Below are positions 26,040 through 38,506 of a DNA stretch of 64,000 nucleotides, piece by piece. The stretch is from Daphnia carinata (taxonomy: Eukaryota), in the NCBI RefSeq assembly GCF_022539665.2, contig NC_081333.1, positions 6,448,001 through 6,512,000 of the forward strand, written 5' to 3'. The translations under genes were made by a program, and so were the position numbers. Under the pieces are notes generated by a model. The model was not told where the DNA came from, ran no database searches, and was given only the letters and a program-made list of their open reading frames with translations. Positions within the stretch are counted from its first letter, which is position 1, and every line of letters starts with the position of its first letter.

Positions 26040-27950
26040 AATAGCAGTCGAGCTTGAAAAGACAATCCAAGCCCCTGAGGAAGATCAGACCGAAGTCAAC
26101 TGGACATTACTAAAAAATAAATAGGAACAAGTTATCGAAACCAATAAACAACTTAAATCCAAAGACGGGTCAGATGATTACTTCAACGAGGAAAGTTACG
26201 ACGAAGAAAGTGACAAAATTGATAGAACTAGAAATCTGATCAAATCGAATCACCAAACCCACTCCATTGACTGCGGTATTACCACAAAAATCAACACCTT
26301 TACTTACCCCAAAAATTAACAGCGCTCGAGCTCAAAAAATTCAATGGGGATATCCAACAATGGAGACCCTGGTGGGAAGCCACTATCCCATAACGGGACC
26401 ACACTGCGGCCAATCTGGGATCAAAATGAACAAATAATTCGAGTTATAGGATGAATTGAACACCACTTTCTTAAGTCCAACGCAAGAGCTCCGAAACCCG
26501 CTGCCAAAAAATCATCGTGTCACTGATTTAATCATAAAAGGAGCTCACATCAAGGTTGAATATCACGGTATTTCAGCCACACTCGCAGAAATCCACGTTG
26601 TAATAACTGCAAGAAATTGCAGTCACTAACGTTCGACGCGGTAGCAGCAGCATTACTAACAAGTCGTGTCCAACAAGCACGACCTTTCGAATTTGTTGGA
26701 ATAAACTTTACAGGCCCACTTTTCACTCGTGAATTCCAGTCTGAAGACCTTATGAAATTATACTCCCTACTCATAATTTGTGCAACAACCAGAACAATCC
26801 ATGTCGAGTTAATTCCCGATATGACCATCATCCTGTTTATCTGCGCATTAAGAAAGCTTATTGCTCGCAGAGGCATGCCAACAACAATTTATTCAGACAA
26901 CGCAAAAAAATTCAAAACGGCTGCTTCCTTCTTCCAAAGAATCAACGAGGATGCCAATATTTACGATTTCTTCACCAACAACAATATCATCTGAAAATTT
27001 TCCGCCAATCTAGCACCTTGGTGGGGCGGTTGGTGGGAAAGAATGATCCGCACACTGAAGCAAGTGTTGCGAAAAACCATTGGAAGAGCAGTACTCTCAT
27101 TTATGCAAATAGAAATTGAATCCTTGAAGCGGAAAACATCATCAATTATCGACCGCTAACATACACCGACAATTGTCTAGAGGAACCTCTCCCCTCACCC
27201 GAGTCATCTTATTCACGGATACAAACTCAATTCCAGAACATATCACTCTACGATAAGGGAATTCATCCCAACCTCCACTAGAACAAAACTCTATCTCAAG
27301 AAGCTAAACGGACTCAAGTTCTTACCCATTGGTGGAACTGCTGCCGGCGAGAATATTTGCACGATTTAAATCGTTTTCGCACTACAAATCGCCCCACACG
27401 CCCCATTCGCGTTGGTAAAATTGTCTTAGTACAGGAAGCCAATATCAAGCTATGGCCTTATGGGTTAGTTACACGATTACTACCCGGAACAGATGGAGTA
27501 ATTCGTGCAGGGGAGCTAAAATTAGAATCAGCAATGATCCATTCAGTGATCCACAGGAAATTTCGTCAACATTTGTAGCTGTAACACCATTCGCCCAGCC
27601 AAATTTGCCAACGGATTCTAATCATCAACCGAAAATTGCTGATCATCCTGATCAACCGGGGGAGGATGTAGTTCCGAGATATTTCCTGAGGAGGCTCTGA
27701 CTAAAGCGCAATTCTAAATATCTATGAGTCATGCGCTCAGCTCTCCGAATACCAAGAATTTACTGGTTAGCCCATTGGCGAATTTACTGGTTAGCCATTA
27801 TACTAAGCAACGTTGTATCGTAACTATATCTAATGTATTGGTATATAAATTGACCGTTTTTGAGATTAAATAGTCAGTCTTCTTCAGATCATCCAGACCA
27901 CCACAGTAAAAATCATCTGTATCCTCACGTTTTGTATCTATGGTAATAAA
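26040..27950 (+). mobile_element. Internally deleted BEL/Pao element with 3' LTR
   Basis: gag KFNGDIQQWRPWWE; LRPIWDQ..IRVIG; integrase PFEFVGINFTGPL, TRTIHVEL, IYSDNAK, APWWGGWWERMIR; PPT GGGGGAGGA then LTR starting TGTAG at 27667 with TATA and polyA-like signals; LTR end approximate. Confidence 0.8.
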
Positions 27951-29673
27951 ACGCCCTTCTCCTGTGTTTCTTTTTGTCTTTAATTATTTGAACCGAGTTG
28001 ATTTCTATGCACCTAGGGTTCGCCAAAGCCTCAATAAGGGAAATCGCTGTCCGCTACCGACCATCACAGTGAACCAATCGCCATCCAGCTTCACAATTCC
28101 TGAGAGGAAAACAAACTGAGAAAGGCGAACAAAGGCTTGACAAATGACTTAGTCGACAATTACTGTGTTACATAAAACTCATACTGACACTATGGACAAC
28201 TGAACTACTAACTTAAAAACTGTAACCCAATTCCGAGACAAGACCATAATACAAGCAGGCTGGCCCTTGCCTACTACAGTCCAGCCTGTGAGGGCAGCAC
28301 CGTAGTTGACAGCAGACCCACCTGCCTACAGGTCAACAACAACCAAAAAGAAACTGTGTTGACCGAAAAATGAACAAACAAACACAATTTCCATTTTATC
28401 TTCTGGTCGACATCAGTGTTTGGAGAGGAGCACCTCTTTTTGGCTTTCTGAGGTCCACATAGACCTTTTTGATGCTCTGGTATACCTCCTCCTGTAGGTA
28501 CTTGTGATGAGGGGTAGTCTCTATCCCTTGGAGGGTGATATTGGCTAGGGTACCCTCTTTTTTTTAAATTTAACCAAGTAGGAGACTTCACCAAGGTTAC
28601 AGTAAACAATTATTGTCAGTGTAGGGGAGACCGGACTAATCTTGGACACCGTACCAAGTTGTACAGTGCCGCGAAAAATATCATAATAAAAACATAATAT
28701 TTACACATTTTGTTTGCAATAGATATTTTAAAATAGTGCAAAAGTTTGGGTCTCGTGTCTTAACTATTTATTGAGTTATTTAATAAACAAAAAATTTGAA
28801 AAGTCTGTATTTTTTGGTTCCTTATCGACGATTTCTGTTAAGAATTGCCAAACATATTATAATGCAACGGTCTCCAGGCGGGGCTGCTTGAGAAGAATTA
28901 GTGAACTATCTCCGTTATCTTCCTTGATTGCTGTTTCGAAACACCTCTCTCTCGTTTTCTCAGTCATGCTGTAACGACGTCTCTTTGACAATTGTTAAGT
29001 ATTGTTGTTTCTTTTTCTCGTCGTTACATACACACCTTTGTAATCAGTTATTCATAACTCGTTCACTGGTTATTCGGTAATTATAATTTATGTGAAATAA
29101 TTAACCATGAATTGATAGTTCGATCACGGAACTCAAAGTGAACTTAGTGATATATTTACTCAACACAAGCACTAACTCAGCACAAACTTTTGATGAGGGG
29201 AGAAGGAGGATCAGTGTAGGCAAGCTATCTGATTAAGTCAACAAGGGTTTGAGGGAGAGTTTAGCCTCGGTATTTGTGTTTTTCCCTTTTTCTCTTTCGT
29301 CTGCTACTTTAAATTGTCATTAGCTTCTGTCGCACACTTCTACTTATGTAATCGTTGCTGCAAGTGGTAAAGTTCTGTAGCGTATGTAATAGTTGTACAA
29401 GTTGTACTAGTTAGAACTGTGAGTTATTATTTGTAGTATTACTTGTAGGGTAGTTGCGGCAACACAATTGTTGTCGTTCTGCGACAGAAAAGCTTATCTA
29501 GGGTTTCTCCCATAAGTCAGCTATCATTTTTCCTGCCCACAATTCCCAAACGAACCAAATGGCATAAGTAGTCTCGTTCACCCTTTCAAGGTAACAAATA
29601 ACAGTATGGAGACGGTAACCTGAACAGGAATTTTCTAGGAACTTTCTCCATTAAATACTTTCCAGTTTGTCTT

Positions 29674-30060
29674 TGTAACCCTCTTCATAGCATCATAAAG
29701 TGTTGTTAAAGCTGATCAAATAATACAAACAGTACGGTATCTTACATGGAAATAACATTTTGTTTCATTACCTTATCTTCTTACAGAACAAAAGATGATT
29801 AAAAACGGGTTCTTCTTATCAGAGGGACAGTTAAGAGAGTCACAGGAAGGTTATCACCCAATTACTTAAATCCTAGAACAGGAGAAAACGCCCAACGATG
29901 GTATAAAAGAAGACCACTCGGCTGGATCGGGGTCCTTCCGTCTTAGTTACTCTTACGTATCAAAGTTGCTTAAACCTTTGTTTCCCTTATTCCCAGTTAT
30001 TCTGTAGTCAATTCTCTTTGATTTCCAAATAAACGGCTCTGACGCCGATCGTCCGTTACA
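29674..30060 (+). mobile_element. LTR fragment
   Basis: TGTAAC...GTTACA, TATAAAA (~29902), AATAAA (~30028); 3' end resembles the solo LTR at 46959-47293; no matching TSD, so left end uncertain. Confidence 0.5.
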
Positions 30061-30239
30061 ATATTTATAATGAGGAAGATGTGACGGGAGCGTCTTTTAA
30101 TTTTTTAGTGGGTACATATGTCGCGATAGCTTTGACGGGGGAAGTTTTCCCATTTTCTGCAGGGGTACGTATGTCGGGGTAGATTTGTCGTTTTTTGGGG
30201 TACGTCTGTCGAAACCTCTAAGTACTTGTGACGGAGGGT

Positions 30240-32090
30240 AGCACTGTCCTCACGCCCAAATCTTGTGTCCATTACTGCGGTAACTGGTGTTGGAGTACCA
30301 GTTCACTTCGTTGAAACCAGGGTAACTTTTGCAAAGAACGAAGTACCTGTCATGGTAGGTGAACGCATTGGAAAGAGCTTGTATCACCTTGCAATCACCC
30401 AAAACTTTCAAATTTGCAATCATCTACCGATTCAGCATGTTTTGCAGTACCATCACCAACTTCAATCATGATTTGGCACCAACGATTGGCACATATCAAC
30501 TACAAGACCATTTTGAAGATGGTTTCCAATCAACTTGTAAACGGGGTTCAGCTTTCAACCAACACCAGCATTCCAAACAACCATGCCTAGGATGCTTGTC
30601 CAGAAAAATGCATCGCTCCCCTTTTCCGACTGGACGAATCAGAGCAAACGAAGTCGGACAGCTAATCCATTCTGACGTGTGTGGCCGCAGGCAATGTAGA
30701 TACACCGGGGGCTCAAAATTTTTCGTGCTTGTAACGGACGACTACAGTGGATGGCGCGTAGTCTATTTCCTGAAACAGAAATCGGAAGTCGCTGAATCAT
30801 TTAAGAACTATGTCAATGTTCTTCGCAACGAAACTGGTCATCTAATCCACACACTAAGAACGGACAACGGTGGTGGGTTCACAAGCAACTCTTTAGGGCT
30901 TGGCTCTCAGATAGAGCCATCAGAATTGAAACATACGCATCCCATTCACCGGAACAAAATGGAGTACCGGAAAGGGCCAATCGAACCATCGTTGAAGCTG
31001 GACGCTCGCTTTTACACGCTAAACACCTACCAATGGAGCTCTGGGGGGAAGTCATTTCTTGCGCTGGCTATGCGCTAAACCGTGTCACCAGTAGCACACC
31101 TCTAGTCACACCTTATCAGTCTTGGTATGGTAAGAAACCCAAGATTTCACACTTACGAATTTTTGGATCAACTGTGTTTATTGATGTCCCCAAAACTGAG
31201 AGGCGTAAACTGGACTCAAAGAGCTCAATGTGCTACTTTGTTGGTTATCCACTGACTCAAAAAGCCTACCGTTTTTTGGACCCGATTGGAAGGGAAATAA
31301 AAATAAATCGAGACGTAATTTTTGACGAAACGTGCAATGTGTTTTCTGATTTTCTATCCAATCCAGAACTTGATCATCCAGACAAAACTATTCCCGAGCC
31401 GTTCACCTCAATTCTGAAACCAGAACAGCAACCGAGCAACACAATCACGTGATGAGTCAGGTTGCAGATAAGACACAGATCCAAACAGAACTAACACACG
31501 AGAATCAGGATCCCATTGAAAATCCATCCTCAAATCTAGAAAACTCTTCAACTCGAACGGAGGATCCTGTGCTCTCCAACACTATAGCAGTGTCACAATC
31601 AGTTTCCAGCATGCCGAAGGATTCATCTACGCCAACTCGTTCCTCGCCCTATCCTTTACGCATCCGTGAACCAAAGCGCCAATGGAAATCATACCAACCA
31701 ATTGACACTCAACAAGCAGATGTCTTTGAACCAACAAGTTTTTCTGAAGACATGGAATCTTCTGACACACATCTGTGGAAAGCCGCGATTCAAGAAGAAT
31801 ACGACTCCCACATGTCCAACAATACCTGGTATCTCTTGCCACTGCCACCTAATCGCACATCAATCAAATTACGAAGGATATTTAAGGTAAAGCCAGCAAC
31901 CCATGATTCGCCTACTCGCTATAAAGCAAGATTGGTGGCAAAAGGCTTCTCACAACGACCTGGGATTGATTTCGAAGAAACTTTCTCACCAGTTGTCAAA
32001 CATGACACTATTCTAGTAATTTTTTCCCTTGTTGCAGTTCTTGATCTAAATATGTCGCAATTGGACGTCAAGACCGTGTTTCTCTACGTT
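30240..32090 (+). pseudogene. Ty1/Copia pol relic (GAG-pre-integrase, integrase, RT N-term)
   Basis: LIHSDVCG, FVLVTDDYS, LRTDNGG, PEQNG..ERANRT, HLRIFGS, KLDSKS, WKAAIQEE, RYKARLVAKGFSQRPGIDFEETFSPV, QLDVKT; IN-before-RT order; frameshifts. Confidence 0.92.
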
Positions 32091-32687
32091 TGGATCTATT
32101 GTTTGGACAAAATTAACAAAGTGACAAGAAACGAATTTACATATCCGGCCGCGGAATAGCTGTATCCCGTCCCATATTACCCCAGAATTTTTTGTCCCAA
32201 CCTGCCCCATGGGTGGTGTCTTTGAAAATTTGTGATTTCAGCAAACCGCTTCAGCCATTTTTTTTTTTTTTTGAAATCAAAGAAATGTGTGAAAATGAAC
32301 AGTGGATTTCACTATATTTTTTGCAAAATTATACACCAAATGAAGTAGCCGTAGATAAATATTTTATTAGATCCCAACATAATTTTAATAACCCTTAAAA
32401 ATTTCTTATGGCCGTATCTCAACAACGGATGCAACCTCTACCACAAAAACTCATACCCAAATGCGCATGTAGTTAACAAATATGATGTGTAAATTTTATA
32501 ATTTTATAATAAAGCGTTTCTGTAAAACTTAGCTTGTCCCAACTAACCCATGTCCCGATTAGCTCCCCTAGTATCTTATAAGGACTGCATTTAAATTGTT
32601 CAGTAATTTAATAACAAGAAGTACAATAGAAGTAAAATTTTAATACAAGTCATTCCACCTATTTGAAATTTCCGAAGTGGTACAGGT

Positions 32688-32791
32688 TGTCAAGGTTGTC
32701 CGCAAGAGGCTCCACTAGTTCCCGGCAAAGGGGGGTGGAAGCTTCTAGAACAATACACGGCAGTCTCAGAGCTGCACTCAGAACTACAACA
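32688..32791 (+). repeat. Gypsy 5' LTR
   Basis: TG...CA; direct repeat of 37127-37230. Confidence 0.95.
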
Positions 32792-32805
32792 TGGTGTCAG
32801 AAGTG
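32792..32805 (+). promoter_or_regulatory. Primer-binding site (tRNA-Leu type)
   Basis: TGGTGTCAGAAGTG immediately after the LTR, complementary to a tRNA-Leu 3' end. Confidence 0.8.
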
Positions 32806-32881
32806 TATTAAGAGTTTAAGAACCACGCGACGACCACGTGTTAAACAAAGTGTAAAGTCTTCTTTCGTTTCAGGAGACAAG

Positions 32882-35800
32882 ATGGCAAGTGCGTTAAAAT
32901 CCCCCGAACGTTTTGACTTTAGTGGAGATCTAGCCAGTAACTGGGCTACGTATAGAAATGCGTTCGAGTGGTACATCAAAGCCACCAGGAAAAACGAGGC
33001 AGATGAGGAAGTGTTAGTGGGAACTTTAATTATAGAACTGGGTATACAAGGGTTAAAAATCTATAACACGTTCAAGTTCGAACCAGCTACAAATGCAACC
33101 AAGATCAAGCCAGTCTTGGACAAGTTTACGGCTCATTTTGAACCTCGGCGGAATGAGTGTTTCGAACGATTCAAGTTCTTACAGCGTCGTCAAGAGCCGG
33201 GTGAGTCATGTGAAACGTGGCTAGTCGATCTACGGTCTTTGATAAAAAACTGCGGGTACGGAGAGTTAGCTGACTCCATACTGCGCGATCAGTTGGTTTT
33301 GGGCGTAGCAGACCCTGATACTCGGGGTATGATGTTGTTTGTGAACGAGTTAACTTTTGAAAAAGCGTGCGAAATTCAAGAGCCAGAGAGGCGTCACAGT
33401 CACAGTTGCTACAAATGAGAGGAGCCAGTCAACACGGTAACGTGTGTAAAAGTCGATACACCGCATACAAGACAGTAAAAAGACTAGTGGAAGCAACAAC
33501 GCGGGCAGAAATCCGTCAAACAAGGCATTGTCATCAGGCCTAACAAAAACATCGTACGAACATAATGCGTCATTTCCAGAGTGCGACAAGTGTAAACTCC
33601 GCCATGCGTCGGGACGGTGCTTTGCCTCGAATCTAGAGTGCCACAACTGCGGAGAAAAGCGGCATTTTTCTCGTTGCTGCAAAAAGGCCAAAAAACTTCA
33701 AACACTCACTCAGGAACAAAGCGAGCCAGATAAGTCATATTCCTTTGGGGAATTTGAGATAAACGAAATTTCGTCAAACTCATCAGCAGATGAGTGGGTC
33801 GAATCAATCAATGTCGAGGGAATAAAGATGGACGTGAAGCTGGACTGTGGCGCCACTTGCAACGTTCTGCCCAAAGAACTGTTTTTACGCATCCCCAGAC
33901 ATCGGCATCGCCTACGCAGGGGCCCAAAAGTACGTAGTTATGGAGCCTCTAGCGGGTACTTAACAGTGTTAGGTGTGCAAACATGCAAAGTGAAACACTT
34001 AGGGAAAGATTGGGTAGTTGATTTTGTTGTCGTAGATGAGCCGGGCCAGCCAGCAATATTGGGCCTACCATCATGCAGGTCAATGGATCTTATCAGGAGG
34101 GTGGTCCGCCGCTCAGTTCACACCGTAAGCACAGAAAATCAGTGTCTCAACATCGTCAAAGACAACAAGGACGTGTTTGAGGGTCTAGGACGACTTGCGA
34201 AGCAACACGACATTAAGATCAAACCTGGTTCCGCGCCGGTGGCTCATGCAGCGCGCAGAATACCTTATAGGCTGCGAGAACCTGTGACAAAGAAGTTGGA
34301 GGCCATGGATGCCGCAGGAATCATAGCCCGAGTGACCGAGCCAACAGAATGGGTAAGCCCGATGGTTGTTGTCAGCAAACCAAACGGAGACGTGCGGCTT
34401 TGTATGGACCCATCCGAGCTGAATAAGGCAATACAGCGGCAGCAGTTCTCAGTGCCGTCAGCTGAAGAGTTGTTCGGGCGAATAAGCAAGGCCCGGTATT
34501 TTGCCGTACTAGACGCAACGTCGGGTTTCTTCCAGATCCCGCTCACTGAGGAGTCATCGTATTTGTGCACCATGGCGACGCCGATTGGCCGGTTCCGCTT
34601 TCTACGCCTCCCATTCGGCATAAAGTCAGCACCAGAAGTGTTCCAGTGCGCAATGTTTCAATTGTTTGGAGACCTGGAGGGCATGGAGATCTACTTCGAC
34701 GATTTTCTGGAATGGGGAGACACAGAAGATCAGCTGCATAAGCGGCTAACAGATCTGTTCACCCGTTGCCGAAAACAAAATTTTAAATTAAATTTAGAAA
34801 AGTGCAAATTCTTCTTAATAAAGGTACCATGGTTGGGCCACGTTATCATGGAAAAAGGACTACAGGCCGACCCGTCAAAGATAGAGGCGATAACAAACAT
34901 GCCGGAGCCCCATGACAAGCAGGAGTTAACCCGCATCTTAGGTATGGCCACATATCTAGACAAGTTTTGTAAAAACTTAGCTGATGTCACTCGCCCCCTG
35001 CGAGATTTGCTTAAAGGTGACGCTGAGTGGGTTTGGGAGGAACAACAACGTGCAGCGATGGCACGCTTGAAAGAAGCATTCGCCTCACTGCCGACCCTAC
35101 GCTTGTACGACCCCGACGTGCAAATGGTGATCTCGGTAGACGCTTCGCCCACGGGACTTGGTGCCGTTCTTCTTCAGGAGGGTCAACCCGTAGCTTACTC
35201 CTCATGCTCCCTGACGGATACACAGAAGCGCTATTTTCAGATCGAGAAAGAGCTCCTGGCCGTTCAGTTTGGGCTACACCGGTTCCGCCAATACATCTAC
35301 GGCCAGTCAGTAGTGGTCGAAACAGATCACAAACCGCTGATAGGCCTAATTGACAAGCCGATTGCAAGTTGCTCTCCTCGGATCCAGAGAATGAGGTTGC
35401 AACTCCAGTGCCATGACTTTGGATTGGTTTATAAGCAAGGGCGTGAACTCCACATTGCAGACGCGCTCAGTCGCGCCCCTCAACCGAAACTCTACGTGGA
35501 AGACCTAGCGCAGTCCAGCAAGGAACAGGTTCACGCAGTGCTAAACGCAGTGATCCCGGTTCTGACTACGCGCGCCCGATACGCAGCCGAAACAAAAATA
35601 GACCCTTGTCCACAGGTAGTACGGGACGTCATGTCGCGCGGCTAGCCAGAGCATAAACGGCTGTGCCCAGAACCGGCAAAACCGTTTTGGAATGTGCGTC
35701 ATGACTTGACCGAAGTGGAAGGCCTACTGTTGAAAGGAGAGCGATTGGTCGTACCTAATTCGCTAAAACAAGAGGTTCTGAAGGGGGTTCATGATGGCCA

Positions 35801-37016
35801 TTTCGGCGAAGTAAAGTGCGTCGAGCGAGCGAAGTCGGTGGTTTACTGGCCAGGGTGTACGGAAGACGTACGGAATTTGGTTGCGGGATGCGCTATCTGC
35901 CAAGAAAATAGAAACAGAAACTCGGCTCAACCACTATTTCCGGCCGAGATCGCCGACCACCCATTTCAAAAGGTGGGAACAGACATTTTTGATTTCCAGG
36001 GAACCCAGTACCTACTGCTAGTGGACTATTACAGCAAGTGGCCATGTGCTGTTCCCCTACGCAGCCTCACAACATCGGCAGTGCTAGCGGAAATGGACCG
36101 TATTTTCGCAGATTTCGGAACCCCGGAACAACTAGTTTCCGACAATGGCCCACAGTTTGGCAGCGCTGAGTTTCGAGAGTACTGCAGGCGCCACAACATC
36201 AGGCACACATCGTCGAGCCCAGAGTACCCTCAGTCGAACGGGATGGCAGAGCGCTCGATACAAACAACAAAAAAAACGTTGTTGAAGATGTTTGAGGGCG
36301 GTAATTCACTGTGGCAAGCCATGGCGGCCATCCGGTCCACACCTGTCTCGGACAAGCTACCATCACCAGCTGTATTGTTGCAGGGTAGGAACCTGCGGGG
36401 CGCATTGCCATTTCTGCCAGAAGCCTTAAAACCCCGTTTCATCAGTGCGTTAACAGTAAAAACCCAGCTTCAACTGCGCCAAGCCAACACTAGCCTCCAG
36501 AAGAGCCATTCACCGGATGTGCGGGGATCAGCATTGCCAGTGGGACAGTCAGTTAGAGTGAGGGTGGGACGTAAGTGGATACCGGGCAGGGTTAGTGAAG
36601 TTTACGAACAGCCACATTCTTACCAAGTGGAAACGCTAGATGGACGTTACTTCCGCCGGAATCGTCGTGCCATAAACACTAGCAGGGTGAGCACATCAAC
36701 TCCCCAGATACAGGCACCAAGGTCCATCTCTCTAGATCGCCGTTCGCCGTCGCAGCGTTTAGCTTCACCTGAACAGCCGCGTAACTCATTAGAGCAAACG
36801 AAACGCCAGCAGGAGAACACCCCACCATCATCACCGTCGTTGGAGCCACTCGAAACTCCGTTTTATGGGTATTCGCCAACTCAGCCGCCAACTGCGGATG
36901 GTCACCAGGGCGAGCCTGCACCAGGAGCGCCTAGCAGCTCCCGAACGTGGCCAGCCGGCGAAACCGGAACGACCCGATCCGGCCGACCATACTTGGCACC
37001 ACCGAAGAAGCTCTAA
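32882..37016 (+). pseudogene. Gypsy gag-pol (CCHC, protease, RT, RNase H, integrase) with frameshifts and one nonsense codon
   Basis: ERFKFLQRRQEPGE, LRDQLVLG, CHNCGEKRHFSRCC, KLDCGA, YFDD, SVDAS, EKELLA, TDHKPL, ADALSR, H..H..C..C, VSDNGPQF, QSNGMAER; frameshifts at ~33380-33450; TAG at 35643-35645 where GWP is expected. Confidence 0.93.
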
Positions 37017-37126
37017 TCTATGTATGTTCAGTGGTACACAGAATTTATATTGCTCACTGTGAAATTGTCGAAATCCAGAATGGTAAAAATGTAAAATGTT
37101 GTTCTAAACACCGTGTAAGAGGAAGA

Positions 37127-37230
37127 TGTCAAGGTTGTCCGCAAGAGGCGCCCCTAGTTCCCGGCAACGGGGGGTGGAAGCTTCTAGAACAATACACGGC
37201 AGTCTCAGAGCTGCACTCAGAACTACAACA
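37127..37230 (+). repeat. Gypsy 3' LTR
   Basis: Preceded by the PPT, followed by TSD CAGGT. Confidence 0.95.
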
Positions 37231-37459
37231 CAGGTGTCAGTTCAAAGCCACTCAGGTTCGGTCTAAACTCACCGCAAAATCAAAATGGTTTTCCAAATCT
37301 TGCGTAAATGGGATGGTAAATAATGGGGTAAAACCGAAGCTGTCCAAGATGGGTCTGATCTCCCCTACTGGAACCGGACGGCGAAATAGTTAATCCGATG
37401 GAATCTGCAATGCCAACTGTTCCTCAACAGTTTCTAATAATTAACCTGGCCAAGCTCAA

Positions 37460-37766
37460 TGTTGGGAATATATTAGATCCCCAACAGCAGACGACGCGGT
37501 CTGGACGCCGCACGAGGCTGCCCAGCCGTTTTAGCGCTTTTGAATTGGGTGGCCCTCGATAGAGGGCCACCATTGTACATTTTCTTGTATGTAAGCCCCG
37601 CCCTAGGCCTATTGGCCGTCTCGGAAGAGAGGGCAAGGGGCAGTCAGTCGCGAATTACATCTCCTACAGCTAACAACAAGTTCTCCAGTGCCTCCCGTGT
37701 TTAATCTACAACTTCTTCAATTTATTCAAAGGTAAAAGTCAGACACGGGCTGATTATTTCCCTTCA
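37460..37766 (+). repeat. BEL 5' LTR
   Basis: TG...CA; direct repeat of 46373-46679. Confidence 0.96.
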
Positions 37767-37776
37767 TGGTCCTTCG
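37767..37776 (+). promoter_or_regulatory. Primer-binding site (tRNA-Tyr type)
   Basis: TGGTCCTTCG directly after the LTR. Confidence 0.75.
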
Positions 37777-38506
37777 TAACCGTTTAAGTATTCTTAATTT
37801 AAGTTAAAATTTCTTACTTTAAGTATTTACTTGTTGTGTTCTGTGGGGGAGTTTTTCTGGGCTCACCCCTTTTAGTACCTAGACACCGCGTGGGAATTTT
37901 CCCTTTTTTTGAACACGTGTTAGCTTAAGCGTGTGAAACGTTTTTTTTGCTGTTTCACTACGCGATTAGTTAAGCTTGTGAAATTTTTTCCTTTTCGCCT
38001 TTTACCACTCATTGAACCACGTGTGAAATTGTTTTTCACCACGTGTGGAGTGTGTAGGCACCCTTTTTTCCCTTTTGCCTTTAAATTGTTAGGGTAAACA
38101 CGTGGTTGGCGGCCATTAATTTGGTCGTCCATTTTTTCAGATTTGAATTTTTTGGTAAAATTTTTTTTTTCTCGTTGAGAAACGTTTTGCTTTGCCTTCC
38201 TTTTCATCTCCCTTCCCATTTACTTCAGGTAAAGTTAGGGCTAAGTAGGGTGGGAAAAAAAAAAAAATTTTTTTTTGCTTTTTGCAATTTCGGTCGCGTG
38301 GTCGGCGGCCATTGGTGACTCCACCTCCAAAAATTTTTTTTTCTTTCAATTTTCAAATACACTATTTCGCCTTGCTGCGTGTAGCGGCCATCTTCGTTGC
38401 TTCACATTTAGGGGTCCAATTTTTTCCTTTTTTACCTTTTTTGGAATACCCTCCCTTTGGAGGATATTTATATCCTCCACTACTACTCTTTTCTTCTCCG
38501 CTTTAG

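Larger units (their letters stand above)
28624..32568. mobile_element. pogo/Tc1-like non-autonomous element carrying nested LTR and Copia fragments
   Basis: TA|GGGGAGACCGGACTAATC at left vs GATTAGCTCCCC|TA at right (TIR with indel); subterminal GTCCC repeats at 32160-32560; related terminus at 25874. Confidence 0.45.
32688..37230 (+). mobile_element. Full-length Ty3/Gypsy (Mag-like) LTR retrotransposon, inactivated
   Basis: 104-bp LTRs at 32688-32791 and 37127-37230 (3 mismatches); 5-bp TSD CAGGT; PBS; PPT AAGAGGAAGA; gag-pol. Confidence 0.96.

Noticed and set aside
30070..30216. GGGTAC..TGTCG repeats ending GTCGAAACC, a possible DNA-transposon end
   Set aside because: No partner terminus or TSD in the window; unclassifiable
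35643..35645. Programmed stop read-through in Gypsy pol
   Set aside because: TAG replaces the conserved Trp of GWP in a copy with other lesions; a simple nonsense mutation is more likely
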